Shown here piece after piece: positions 19,179 to 27,177 of a stretch of DNA of 31,358 bases (its first letter is position 1; each line of letters begins with the position of its first letter). The notes below the pieces were generated by a model. That model worked only from the letters and a program-made list of their open reading frames with translations, was not told where the DNA came from and did not search any database. The stretch spans positions 1 through 31,358 of IMG/VR virus record IMGVR_UViG_3300036768_000197, one strand, 5' to 3'. The position numbers and the translations under genes were made by a program. Origin of the DNA: a virus (lineage: Duplodnaviria; Caudoviricetes).

Positions 19179-20049
19179 TATACCCCGCAAACTCCTCCCT
19201 TACCTGTTATATCACAAATATCGTTCTCTTCGAAGATAACTCCATGATGTTTTATTGCTTCACTGTAGTCTACTTTGGTGATTGGCTGACCTCCTCTACT
19301 TCCATCTGGATAGCAAGTAAATCCGCGTAGACGTGTAGCATACTTGGCAAGAGTGCTAGCAAATCCTTTGACATAATCTTCGGTGCCTTCTCTTGTGTTC
19401 CAAGAAGGAAGGTTGATGGTGCTGGATATTGACATATCAACGTAATCTTGAACGTCTGCCTGGAATTTGATTCTTCGCTCATAATCTTCTGCCAAATCTG
19501 AAGCTGTTTCTATCTTATCTGGATCAATCCCGTAGTGTTTTATCAAATGATCGGCAGTTGCATCGACAACGAACTGATACTTCCACCGAGTACCATCAGA
19601 CAAATACCTACGTTTGTAGGCTACTGCGTATAAGGGCTCAATACCAGTGGTAGTCGAAGCAAGTATGCCAATTGTCCCTGTAGGAGCAATTGCCCTGCAA
19701 GCAACTGGCCTGCTTACATAGAGACGATCTGCATGCTCGTCTGCTGCCTTACGGGAATAATCCCTGTAGACGGCAAGCCATTTGTGCAGTTCATTGGTTA
19801 CTTCATATTTCTGATTTCTTTTTAGTAACCATTCATGAATACCCATAAGGCCCAACCCAAGCCTACGGTTCTTCTCCCGAACTTTGTACACCTTTTCGTA
19901 AGGTAGGTGTGCCCGAAGTGTACCGCAGACAAGAAACTTGGTTGCTAGTATAACGATATCCTTGAACTCTTCCAGTGTTTCTATAGAGCCGATATTGATA
20001 GATCCAAGATTGCAGACATCGCTATCATCTTCTGAAGTAACTTCTGTAC
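19178..20049 (-). CDS. nrdJ: Class II (B12-dependent) ribonucleotide reductase, exon 2
   Basis: The frame is open from GT ACA GAA GTT (…TEVTSEDDSDVCNLGS) through RRLGLG, APTGTI, ISSTINLP and the C-terminal CDITGKGGVC redox pair. No beta-subunit gene lies in the window. Confidence 0.88.
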
Positions 20050-20820
20050 CATTTTTGTTAACTCCATATTCCTATGGAGATCAGACTATATCATCACCCA
20101 GTTATACACTGGGGCTAACCGTTCGAGTTTGTACGAAAAGCTAGGTAAAATGTGTGGTTTAACTGTCTTGATGAATAGCTCAGAATCAGCCGTCTTTACC
20201 CTTAAGTGCCAATATTGATAATGTCTTTGTAAAGTAGTCCTGATATTGAGCTTTTCATAGATGGCTTTACTTAGAGCCAAGTTGTCAAAGTAGCTGTAGC
20301 CTTTTGTGTGTAGCTTGATTTCTGGATACCTTCCTTTGTCAAGGTTAGTTCCTCCATCAGCCATGAATACAATGGCTAACGCCTCTGAATCCATCAGTGA
20401 TAGTTCATGTGGATCCAGTACCTTCTTTCCATCTGGCAAATAAAGTCTTTGCCGAATGGCAGTAAACTTAGGATGTGACTTTGAAGTTAAACACACCAGA
20501 GGAGCGCGATTTCCTCTTTGGATTACATTATGTTTAGAAGTCTCTACGAAATTGTTGAGAGTACTTTCTACCCATGAAATGTAATCGGCATTCTCTGCCC
20601 GCATATTCATAACAAACTTACAATCTTTACCGCTTTCATAAACACCGCCATCGAAAGAGGTAAAGTAATACAGTAGTTTGCTAAGTTGCTTTTCGTTTAT
20701 ACTCATAGTCGTTGCACCTTTCTATACAGAATTGGCACAGGATTATCCGGTCTGGACTTCCCCTGTTTTTAGGTTAGTTATTCAAACACTATTACTAGTG
20801 TAGGGCGCTATTGAAAGTTA
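20050..20820 (-). mobile_element. Group I intron (771 nt) in nrdJ
   Basis: The 5' exon ends in U and the intron ends in G. Pairings seen: P1 GCGU|UA..UAGCGC with U.G, P2 ACACUA-GUAA-UAGUGU, P3 CUAACC/GGUUAG, P7 GACUA/UAGUC, P8 CCCAGU/ACUGGG and P9 CUCCAUA-GGAA-UAUGGAG. Removal restores the frame and the NACTE motif. Confidence 0.92.
20086..20706 (-). CDS. Intron-encoded LAGLIDADG homing endonuclease (two-motif)
   Basis: Motifs LLYYFTSFDGG and ALAIVFMADGG, plus LHTKGYS and ILPSFSYKL; AAAGGTG RBS. Confidence 0.85.
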   Translation of the reverse strand: MSINEKQLSKLLYYFTSFDGGVYESGKDCKFVMNMRAENADYISWVESTLNNFVETSKHNVIQRGNRAPLVCLTSKSHPKFTAIRQRLYLPDGKKVLDPHELSLMDSEALAIVFMADGGTNLDKGRYPEIKLHTKGYSYFDNLALSKAIYEKLNIRTTLQRHYQYWHLRVKTADSELFIKTVKPHILPSFSYKLERLAPVYNWVMI

Positions 20821-21646
20821 ACGCGTTTCGAAGGGTTTCTCTTTGCTTGTCTCCAAAATTAAAACTGAATCCTGGCTCCCCCGTTGACAATGCCTGATAG
20901 CAATTCTTCAGGAATACCTTGTTGTTCTCCAGACCACCAACAAGAGCAGCATCATCATAGTTCACTGAAATGTTGGTCATATCCAATGGAGCGGGATAAT
21001 TGAAATCAGCGAACTTTGCATCTGCCACTGTGTAATAACTGTTGGTACCCTCTCTTCCTGAATACACCAAGCCAAGTTCCTGAGTATGCCAGTTCTTCGC
21101 TTCAAGAAAGGCGTCAATATCTTCATGCTTCCAGTTAAGAGAAGCATAGATAGCTGACCTTCTTGAACCACCTTGCATTACATTCCTGCCAATCTCATTG
21201 ATACAATACATCAATGGAATTGGACCAGATGCAATTCCTCCTGTCCTTTGTAAAGGTTTTCCTGACGGCCTGATGATGCTATAATCAATTCCAATTCCGC
21301 CACCTGTCATTAAACAGGACATTGCCCGCCATACAACATTGCTCCACTCCTCCCTAGTGTCCTCAGTAACACGAAGTAAATAGCAGTTGTTCAGGTATTT
21401 TAACGGCCTTCCGGCGTAATAAAGATACCTTCCTCCGGGAATGAATTTGAATTCCTTGATAGCCTGTACAAGAGCCTCTCTGTCGGAATCTGACATCAGC
21501 TTATGTTCGGTTCCCCACCTAGTTCCACAGACATCTTCCACAACTCTTTCAGCAAGAGCATCCCAGGTGTCGTTAGGCCCTTGTGCATATTTCCTTCTAA
21601 ATACATCCTCAGCAAGTGGTGTCTTAAACCTGCTCTTGTTTGTCAT
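20821..21646 (-). CDS. nrdJ: Class II ribonucleotide reductase, exon 1
   Basis: FIPGGRYLY, NNCYLL, GGGIG, GGSRRSA and GEPGF motifs, ending LRNA plus the first base of the Cys codon. The spliced product is 565 aa. Confidence 0.9.
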
Positions 21647-21809
21647 CAGTCTTTCCTGTGGTCATCTCCTCTTCTACAAGAGGCTCTAGATTACGTAGAG
21701 CATATACCCCTGCCTCAACCTCAGACATTGGTCGGCTCATCAGATAGCCGATAATGGCTCGTAATGTCTCAGCGGGGATCTTGTAGTGCTTCGGTTCTGA
21801 TTTCATCAA
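21624..21809 (-). CDS. Hypothetical protein
   Basis: AAGGAGG RBS upstream; 61 aa, overlapping both neighbours. Confidence 0.6.
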   Translation of the reverse strand: MMKSEPKHYKIPAETLRAIIGYLMSRPMSEVEAGVYALRNLEPLVEEEMTTGKTDDKQEQV

Positions 21810-21939
21810 TTGCCTCCTTATCTCTCACTGAATTAAGAAAATGTTTTTTGGTACGATGTCCCTTTTTGAATTCATGCTTGGGATCACACCTGTCTTTAGA
21901 AATCAACAGATCCTTCTCCGTCTTCTTCTTCATCGACAT
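21769..21939 (-). CDS. Small basic hypothetical protein
   Basis: Fills the gap between its neighbours; likely ATG at 21939 or 21933. Confidence 0.5.
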   Translation of the reverse strand: MSMKKKTEKDLLISKDRCDPKHEFKKGHRTKKHFLNSVRDKEAIDEIRTEALQDPR

Positions 21940-22093
21940 CGTCAAACATTCCAATCAATACATCATACTTCGCTTCGATGAAATCACCGAAGCGATCTAC
22001 CAGTTCTTCTGAAGAAATATCCAGAAGTTCCATAACGGTAATTTCGTCCATTACCCGTAGTCGTTCGGCAAGGTCATTTACTGTAAGAGCCAT
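21896..22093 (-). CDS. Small acidic conserved phage protein
   Basis: DEITVMELLDISSEELVDRF pattern; GGAG RBS. Confidence 0.7.
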   Translation of the reverse strand: MALTVNDLAERLRVMDEITVMELLDISSEELVDRFGDFIEAKYDVLIGMFDDVDEEEDGEGSVDF

Positions 22094-22096
22094 ACA

Positions 22097-22522
22097 TCAC
22101 TCTTTTTTACTCTTAATTGCTTCAGCAATAGTAGGAACAACTTTTTCAACACTACGGCCAATTACATATCCACCAAGACCAAGCTCGATGATTTCAAATA
22201 ACTTGTTGATTACATCAGGTGTGGCATTTGGAGGCATGATACCAAACCAGTACATTCCAACAATGGAACAAAAGAAAATCATTACCAATGGCCTCCAATT
22301 CTTTGTTAGCCATGAATCCGATTTTGCTTCTGACTGAATAATACTTGCTTTTGCCTCCATCGAGGCTTTCTCGTATTCGAGTGCCTGAAGATAGATACTT
22401 GCCTGTAGCTTGAATTGTTCCTGCTGTAGCTTTGCCTTTTCTTCTGGAGAAAGAGTAAGATTATCTATAAGCTTTGAAATAGGATCGAATAAAGTAATTA
22501 ATGCGCTAAGTAGTGGTGCCAT
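22097..22522 (-). CDS. Holin, 3TM (GTA-holin-like) family
   Basis: EAKSDSWLTKNWRP motif, two C-terminal TM segments and GGYVIGRSVEK. Confidence 0.8.
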   Translation of the reverse strand: MAPLLSALITLFDPISKLIDNLTLSPEEKAKLQQEQFKLQASIYLQALEYEKASMEAKASIIQSEAKSDSWLTKNWRPLVMIFFCSIVGMYWFGIMPPNATPDVINKLFEIIELGLGGYVIGRSVEKVVPTIAEAIKSKKE

Positions 22523-22523
22523 A

Positions 22524-23054
22524 TCAACGTACTCCTAACTCTTTTGCTCTCTCCATAAACAGTTCAATCGACTCCTTTGGAGTAAGCATCTTTGGTTTTA
22601 TTCCATCAACACAATTATCTGGAAAATGCCAGTTATTTCCTTTATTAGGTAATAGATAAAATGCTTCTATTTTCAATTGAGAAGTATCTGCAAGTTTTAC
22701 ATCCTTGTCTTCCCAAAAGACCATAGGCAAATTAAATCTATTTGTTATTCGGTTCATGGTGGTGTACTCAAGAAGCTTATATGATGGATTCAGAAGTTTA
22801 AGTGGAGAAGACATATCTCCTAAGTAAGCTTCCGCAGCGTCGTGTAACAATCCCCATGCAGCTTTTTCTTTTGGAACAAGATAAGAAACATATACTGAAT
22901 GTTGAGCAACACTATAGAAATGCTGACAATGTCCTGTATACCTGCACAAGTTACCTAGAGCATGCCCAATATCTTCAATATTTATCTCACTTATATCATG
23001 TATGTGAGTAAAATTGAATTTATTTCCAGTATGCGTTTCTATCCACGGTTCCAT
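22524..23054 (-). CDS. HD-domain phosphohydrolase (YfbR/YfdR-like deoxynucleotidase)
   Basis: IEDIGHAL...CRYTGH...YSVAQH...LLHDAAEAYLGD...PLK. The start is placed at the TAATG overlap (23054); the ORF track starts at 23087. Confidence 0.85.
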   Translation of the reverse strand: MEPWIETHTGNKFNFTHIHDISEINIEDIGHALGNLCRYTGHCQHFYSVAQHSVYVSYLVPKEKAAWGLLHDAAEAYLGDMSSPLKLLNPSYKLLEYTTMNRITNRFNLPMVFWEDKDVKLADTSQLKIEAFYLLPNKGNNWHFPDNCVDGIKPKMLTPKESIELFMERAKELGVR

Positions 23055-23215
23055 TATTCTGTATTTAGTGTTCGCAAATTCAGCCATATAAATCCAAGAT
23101 TAGACAATCCATAACAGAAGAATACCAAGGCTAACGGATAGTTTCTTTCTCTGATGTAGGATATCCCTACCAAGGTATAGATCAAAGAAACTGTCAACAA
23201 AAGGGTGTTACCCAT
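23054..23215 (-). CDS. Small two-TM membrane protein (not in the ORF track)
   Basis: My translation: MGNTLLLTVSLIYTLVGISYIRERNYPLALVFFCYGLSNLGFIWLNLRTLNTE (53 aa). It fills the gap exactly. Confidence 0.7.
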   Translation of the reverse strand: MGNTLLLTVSLIYTLVGISYIRERNYPLALVFFCYGLSNLGFIWLNLRTLNTE

Positions 23216-23216
23216 T

Positions 23217-23366
23217 TTATTCCAATGGTAAGCTTATTTGAACTCCTGGCTCAGGATCTTTATTGTATTCGGGGTATCCTTCGTCAAGACCAAAGTCTTT
23301 CTTCTTTGGCTCTTCAAGTTTAATGGAGCCGCCTTTCTTGTCGAAAAACATTGATTTGCCAATCAT
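23217..23366 (-). CDS. Small hypothetical protein
   Basis: ATGA overlap with the phosphoesterase stop gives a 49-aa product starting MIGKSMFF. Confidence 0.5.
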   Translation of the reverse strand: MIGKSMFFDKKGGSIKLEEPKKKDFGLDEGYPEYNKDPEPGVQISLPLE

Positions 23367-24124
23367 CCGAATTTCCTTTCGAGATACGACATACTCACTG
23401 GCATGATATCGAAATCCCCATCTTTGACGTTGTGTAGCATCCAAATGCCTCTCCAGTGCTGGTTACCTTGTGGTCCAAGATAGTCTTCATCGTGCAAATA
23501 GAAAGCACCGGCAAAGATACCTGTAATCCTCTTACCGTCAACACGGTATTCTGTATGAATACCCTCTTTCTGCACATGTCCCATGACACAGGACATATGT
23601 GTCTTTCTACATAAGGCAGCAGGTGTAGTTACCGGCCTGCCCATGATGCCTGTCGTAAAGTAATGACTGAATGCAACCCCATCAATGATTACTACCTGAA
23701 GGAATGGGTACACTTCCCATCCATGTTCCTTATAAGGAAGATCACTCAAATCAATGATCCCTTCGTATTCCGGGCTGCTTTCTACTGCACGGACTATACG
23801 GTTCTCATGATTGCCTAGAGTGATGATCTTCCTAGGATTATATCGCTTTTTGTGCTGTTTAGCCAGTTCATCATTCAAATCATTGATGGGCTTCTCGAAC
23901 ATTGTTATAGCTTTCTTTATGGAATCGATGTCCTTTTTATATCTACGACCTTCAAAGGATTTCTTCCCTTTATCGTAGGAAGACAGCGATTCCATATCAG
24001 CCCAATCACCAAGATTTACAATGATGTCTGGCCTCTTCAATGCTGCGTATTTACCTGCCCATGTCCAATGAGACATTGGTACACCGGACTTGACTTGTCC
24101 GTCAGGTATTACCATTATTTTCAT
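23363..24124 (-). CDS. Calcineurin-like metallophosphoesterase
   Basis: IPDGQ, NLGDWAD, LGNHE, FSHY and MGHVQ motifs. Confidence 0.88.
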   Translation of the reverse strand: MKIMVIPDGQVKSGVPMSHWTWAGKYAALKRPDIIVNLGDWADMESLSSYDKGKKSFEGRRYKKDIDSIKKAITMFEKPINDLNDELAKQHKKRYNPRKIITLGNHENRIVRAVESSPEYEGIIDLSDLPYKEHGWEVYPFLQVVIIDGVAFSHYFTTGIMGRPVTTPAALCRKTHMSCVMGHVQKEGIHTEYRVDGKRITGIFAGAFYLHDEDYLGPQGNQHWRGIWMLHNVKDGDFDIMPVSMSYLERKFG

Positions 24125-24315
24125 TGCTTTTTATCCGGAGAATTAAGTATCACTGTTTTACTTTCCTGACGCTGTTCTGTCAGGAAAGGAAGCGCTCCAG
24201 CCCTTAGCAGAGTATTTAGTCCGACTGTAATGACTACTTCCAGTTCCTCCCCGCTAAGTTCTGCTGAAAACTCAACATTACCTTGCTCAGTTTCGATTAG
24301 TCTTTTTATGTGCAT
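24121..24315 (-). CDS. Hypothetical protein
   Basis: 64 aa, coupled to both neighbours. Confidence 0.65.
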   Translation of the reverse strand: MHIKRLIETEQGNVEFSAELSGEELEVVITVGLNTLLRAGALPFLTEQRQESKTVILNSPDKKQ

Positions 24316-24701
24316 TTTTTAGCTTTTTCTTGAATATTAGTTACTAAGTTTAGTACTCGTTTTTTATGTTCAATAATATCTTTTATCCATGCAGGGATGT
24401 CATTATTTTTATGACTTTCATTCGCAAGAACTACTTTAGTTCCTACTTCCTTGTATAACTCAAGTTGTTTGTTAACAAACGGTCTATTTTCATTATAGGA
24501 TGATGGAATATAAAATACAACATATGTGTCATCATCTAATATATCAGGTGTATCATAAACAACCACACCATATTTACCTTCCCAGGTTTTATGGGTTAGT
24601 TTAGCTTCTTTTATTGCCTTTTCATAATTAGACGTTGCACACACTAAAAAGTGTGTATGATTAATCCATCCCCATTTATACGCAATGACCACATAAATCA
24701 T
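24306..24701 (-). CDS. Hypothetical protein (AT-rich, likely acquired)
   Basis: 131 aa, ATGA overlap, visibly AT-richer than its flanks. Confidence 0.65.
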   Translation of the reverse strand: MIYVVIAYKWGWINHTHFLVCATSNYEKAIKEAKLTHKTWEGKYGVVVYDTPDILDDDTYVVFYIPSSYNENRPFVNKQLELYKEVGTKVVLANESHKNNDIPAWIKDIIEHKKRVLNLVTNIQEKAKKCT

Positions 24702-25033
24702 TTTATGATCTTAAAAAAATGATCCAAGCTCATGACGATAAGTGGCTCGGATCTATTCTGCTTTATGATAAGCAGCGGTATTTCGTCATTCTTTACATGC
24801 GTGGTTGCTTGTTCGTAATCTTTGTAGATAGAGATTCTTGCCTTGTTCTTGCACTCAACTGCGTAGTTGAAATAACCAAGCGCCCTCTCAGATAGCTGTA
24901 TGTCACGGCCTTTTGCTCCAGATGATGTGCTCCTTACATCATTCTCCGTCAAGTCCGGAAAGGTCTCCAGTACCTTCTTCACTACCAGATTCTGAAGCTG
25001 CCTCCCTTTGTTTTTCGCGCTTTTCGGTTTCAT
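24698..25033 (-). CDS. Putative Holliday junction resolvase (PD-(D/E)xK)
   Basis: SAKNKGR...GRDIQL...AVECKN...PLLIIKQNR motifs. Confidence 0.75.
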   Translation of the reverse strand: MKPKSAKNKGRQLQNLVVKKVLETFPDLTENDVRSTSSGAKGRDIQLSERALGYFNYAVECKNKARISIYKDYEQATTHVKNDEIPLLIIKQNRSEPLIVMSLDHFFKIIK

Positions 25034-25706
25034 CCAGTACCTCTTTCAATTCTTCTTCAGATCTGATTACACGGTATAGGCGATAAAACAAAGAGAAATC
25101 GAGCCCGGCTTCTCCATAGCGGCTGCGAACAAAGGCTTCCATTTCTTTGGGATTAAGGCCATTAAGGGCTTTTCTTGCTCTTGCTGGTCCGATGGAAGGA
25201 ATTCCTCGCAGGTTATCCGCAGCGTCCCCAATGAGCATTGAAGACCAAAAAGCCAACGCAGAATCACGCTCGTCCATTTCAAAAAACTCGCCTTTGATAA
25301 AATTGTAATGTTGTCCGGGGATTTGTAGAAGATCTTTGTCGATGGTGCAGATGATAAAATCGCCTTTAGCCGCGATTCCAATTCCGTCGTCAGCCTCAAT
25401 TCCGGAAGTGACTTCACTTTTCCATTCTTCAACCAGAAATTTACGAAGTTCGTCAAGCCATACTGGTCGTGGTAAATGTTCACGATTAGCTTTGTACTGC
25501 GGATAGAGCTTTTTTCTAAAATTTCCAGTACCTGATATAAAGAGTCGATATTCCGTAGATTGAGTGTCACTAACGATGCGGTATAAAAGTGAGTCTGCTC
25601 TGGCAATTGCAATATCAAGGGGGTCTCGTTCATGTTTTTCTCTTGTTGGTTCGCAGGAAGCTGCGCATCTGTAAGCTACAATGTCGCCATCAATAAGGCA
25701 CAACAT
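24939..25706 (-). CDS. 5'-3' exonuclease (T7 gp6/T5 D15-like)
   Basis: LIDGDIVAY, NFR...YKANR, EADD, DKDLLQIPG and GD..DN..GIPSIG motifs. Confidence 0.92.
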   Translation of the reverse strand: MLCLIDGDIVAYRCAASCEPTREKHERDPLDIAIARADSLLYRIVSDTQSTEYRLFISGTGNFRKKLYPQYKANREHLPRPVWLDELRKFLVEEWKSEVTSGIEADDGIGIAAKGDFIICTIDKDLLQIPGQHYNFIKGEFFEMDERDSALAFWSSMLIGDAADNLRGIPSIGPARARKALNGLNPKEMEAFVRSRYGEAGLDFSLFYRLYRVIRSEEELKEVLDETEKREKQREAASESGSEEGTGDLSGLDGE

Positions 25707-25724
25707 CTACAATTCCTTGTCAGG

Positions 25725-25748
25725 AAAAGCCTCCCCTTGCGGGGAGGC
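25725..25748 (-). terminator. Intrinsic terminator after the LRR gene
   Basis: On the minus strand: GCCTCCCC-GCAA-GGGGAGGC-TTTT. Confidence 0.75.
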
Positions 25749-25759
25749 AGTATTGTCAA

Positions 25760-26593
25760 TTATTTGTCAACTCGGACGATTTCGTAGCCGAAAAGTAAAG
25801 CGGAAAGCGGATCTGGCTGACGGTTCACACGAACAGTATCCTTCTTACGCAGAAGTTTACGCAAGAATTGCCGTGCTTTCTCGTAGTTAGAAAATCCTTT
25901 TGCTACAGTTACTCCATTACGAATTACTTTATAGTACATACAAACCTCCTTTTTTTTAAAATAAAATTTTCCTAGCACTTTAGGCAAGTAAAGATGAAAG
26001 TTCTCAATAAAGATTAAGCTAGGACAACCATACAAATAAACATCCTCAACAACATAACGAGGACCTCCTTCAAGTGAAGTAAGTAGTTTATTTTTTTCAC
26101 AGTATAAACTACCGCCAATGATACGAGGACAACCTTCTAACGAAGATAGCTTGTTTTTTCTACAATAAAAATTGTAGCCAACTACTCGCGGTGCGCCCTT
26201 AAGAGAGATTAACTTATTATTGCTACAGCTATAAGTCGCACCTACCTTAATAGGTCCGCCCTCTAGTGTTTCTAGCTTATTATAATCACAAATAAAATAT
26301 GTGCCTACTTCTTGCGGTCCTCCATTTAATGTTTGAAGGTTGTTGTGAGAACAGTCAAAACTACCAACTTTTTGTGGTGCCCCTTCTAATGTTTTTAACT
26401 CATTACCTGAACAGTTAAATTCACCGCCAACGTATTTTGGGCAACCGAGAAGAGAAGTTAACCCCAAATTTTTAAGTGAAAGGTTGCCACGAACAATAAG
26501 ATTTCTTCCATCTAGCGTGAACTTACCATTCCTGATAGAGGTCAGTAGCTCTTTTACGGATCTGGCCTTTCCGTTGAAAGACTGACACCTCAT
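25760..26593 (-). CDS. Leucine-rich-repeat protein with a fused basic C-terminal segment
   Basis: About seven 21-23-aa repeats of LxSLEGxPxxVGGxFxCxxNx. Confidence 0.8.
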   Translation of the reverse strand: MRCQSFNGKARSVKELLTSIRNGKFTLDGRNLIVRGNLSLKNLGLTSLLGCPKYVGGEFNCSGNELKTLEGAPQKVGSFDCSHNNLQTLNGGPQEVGTYFICDYNKLETLEGGPIKVGATYSCSNNKLISLKGAPRVVGYNFYCRKNKLSSLEGCPRIIGGSLYCEKNKLLTSLEGGPRYVVEDVYLYGCPSLIFIENFHLYLPKVLGKFYFKKKEVCMYYKVIRNGVTVAKGFSNYEKARQFLRKLLRKKDTVRVNRQPDPLSALLFGYEIVRVDK

Positions 26594-26617
26594 TTTAGTT
26601 AGCCTTAGATAGCGTTA

Positions 26618-27145
26618 TTACTTAATTTCAGCTTCATCAGCAACTTCCCAAGTATCCTTGGGAGTTACCTCATTGTTGTCGTCTTCCGACATCACATAGT
26701 TCTCGAATACCTTGGCAAGAGCCAGAACTTCTTCTACTTTAGGCCGCTTGCCTTGGTCCTTGAAATACTCGATTGCAGATGCAATAGAGCTTTGACGGAT
26801 AATGTAAACCTGCCTGCGGGCACGCTCATCTGCCGTCTCATAATTTGGTCGTGTCGATACAGGAATAGGCTTTCCTTGAACCATCTGATTGACTTCCTCC
26901 TTGACTGCTTCTACCCAGTCCCAAAATCCTTTGTCGTTTTTCTGTGCTTTTACCTTGTATACTTCACCCTGTTTTGCGTTTGAAAGGGCATTCCATGTAG
27001 CCTGCTCAGTAGTGAATGACATCAAGGATTTCTTACCTTCTTCCCGGTTTTTGTCCAGGTTGTGGTAACTTACATCCATTTGGGTGTATTTGTTTCTACC
27101 TTTGACTACATTCTTAGTAGATACCTGTTTAATTTCGATTAACAT
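26618..27145 (-). CDS. Putative single-stranded DNA-binding protein
   Basis: Beta-rich N-terminus and acidic tail; lies between the polymerase and exonuclease genes; GGGG RBS. Confidence 0.5.
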   Translation of the reverse strand: MLIEIKQVSTKNVVKGRNKYTQMDVSYHNLDKNREEGKKSLMSFTTEQATWNALSNAKQGEVYKVKAQKNDKGFWDWVEAVKEEVNQMVQGKPIPVSTRPNYETADERARRQVYIIRQSSIASAIEYFKDQGKRPKVEEVLALAKVFENYVMSEDDNNEVTPKDTWEVADEAEIK

Positions 27146-27177
27146 CTCTATCCCCTTTGTCTATATTATATCCAAAC

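Noticed and set aside
19178-21646. nrdJ as a pseudogene or two separate genes
   Set aside because: Precise intron removal restores the frame and the catalytic motif.
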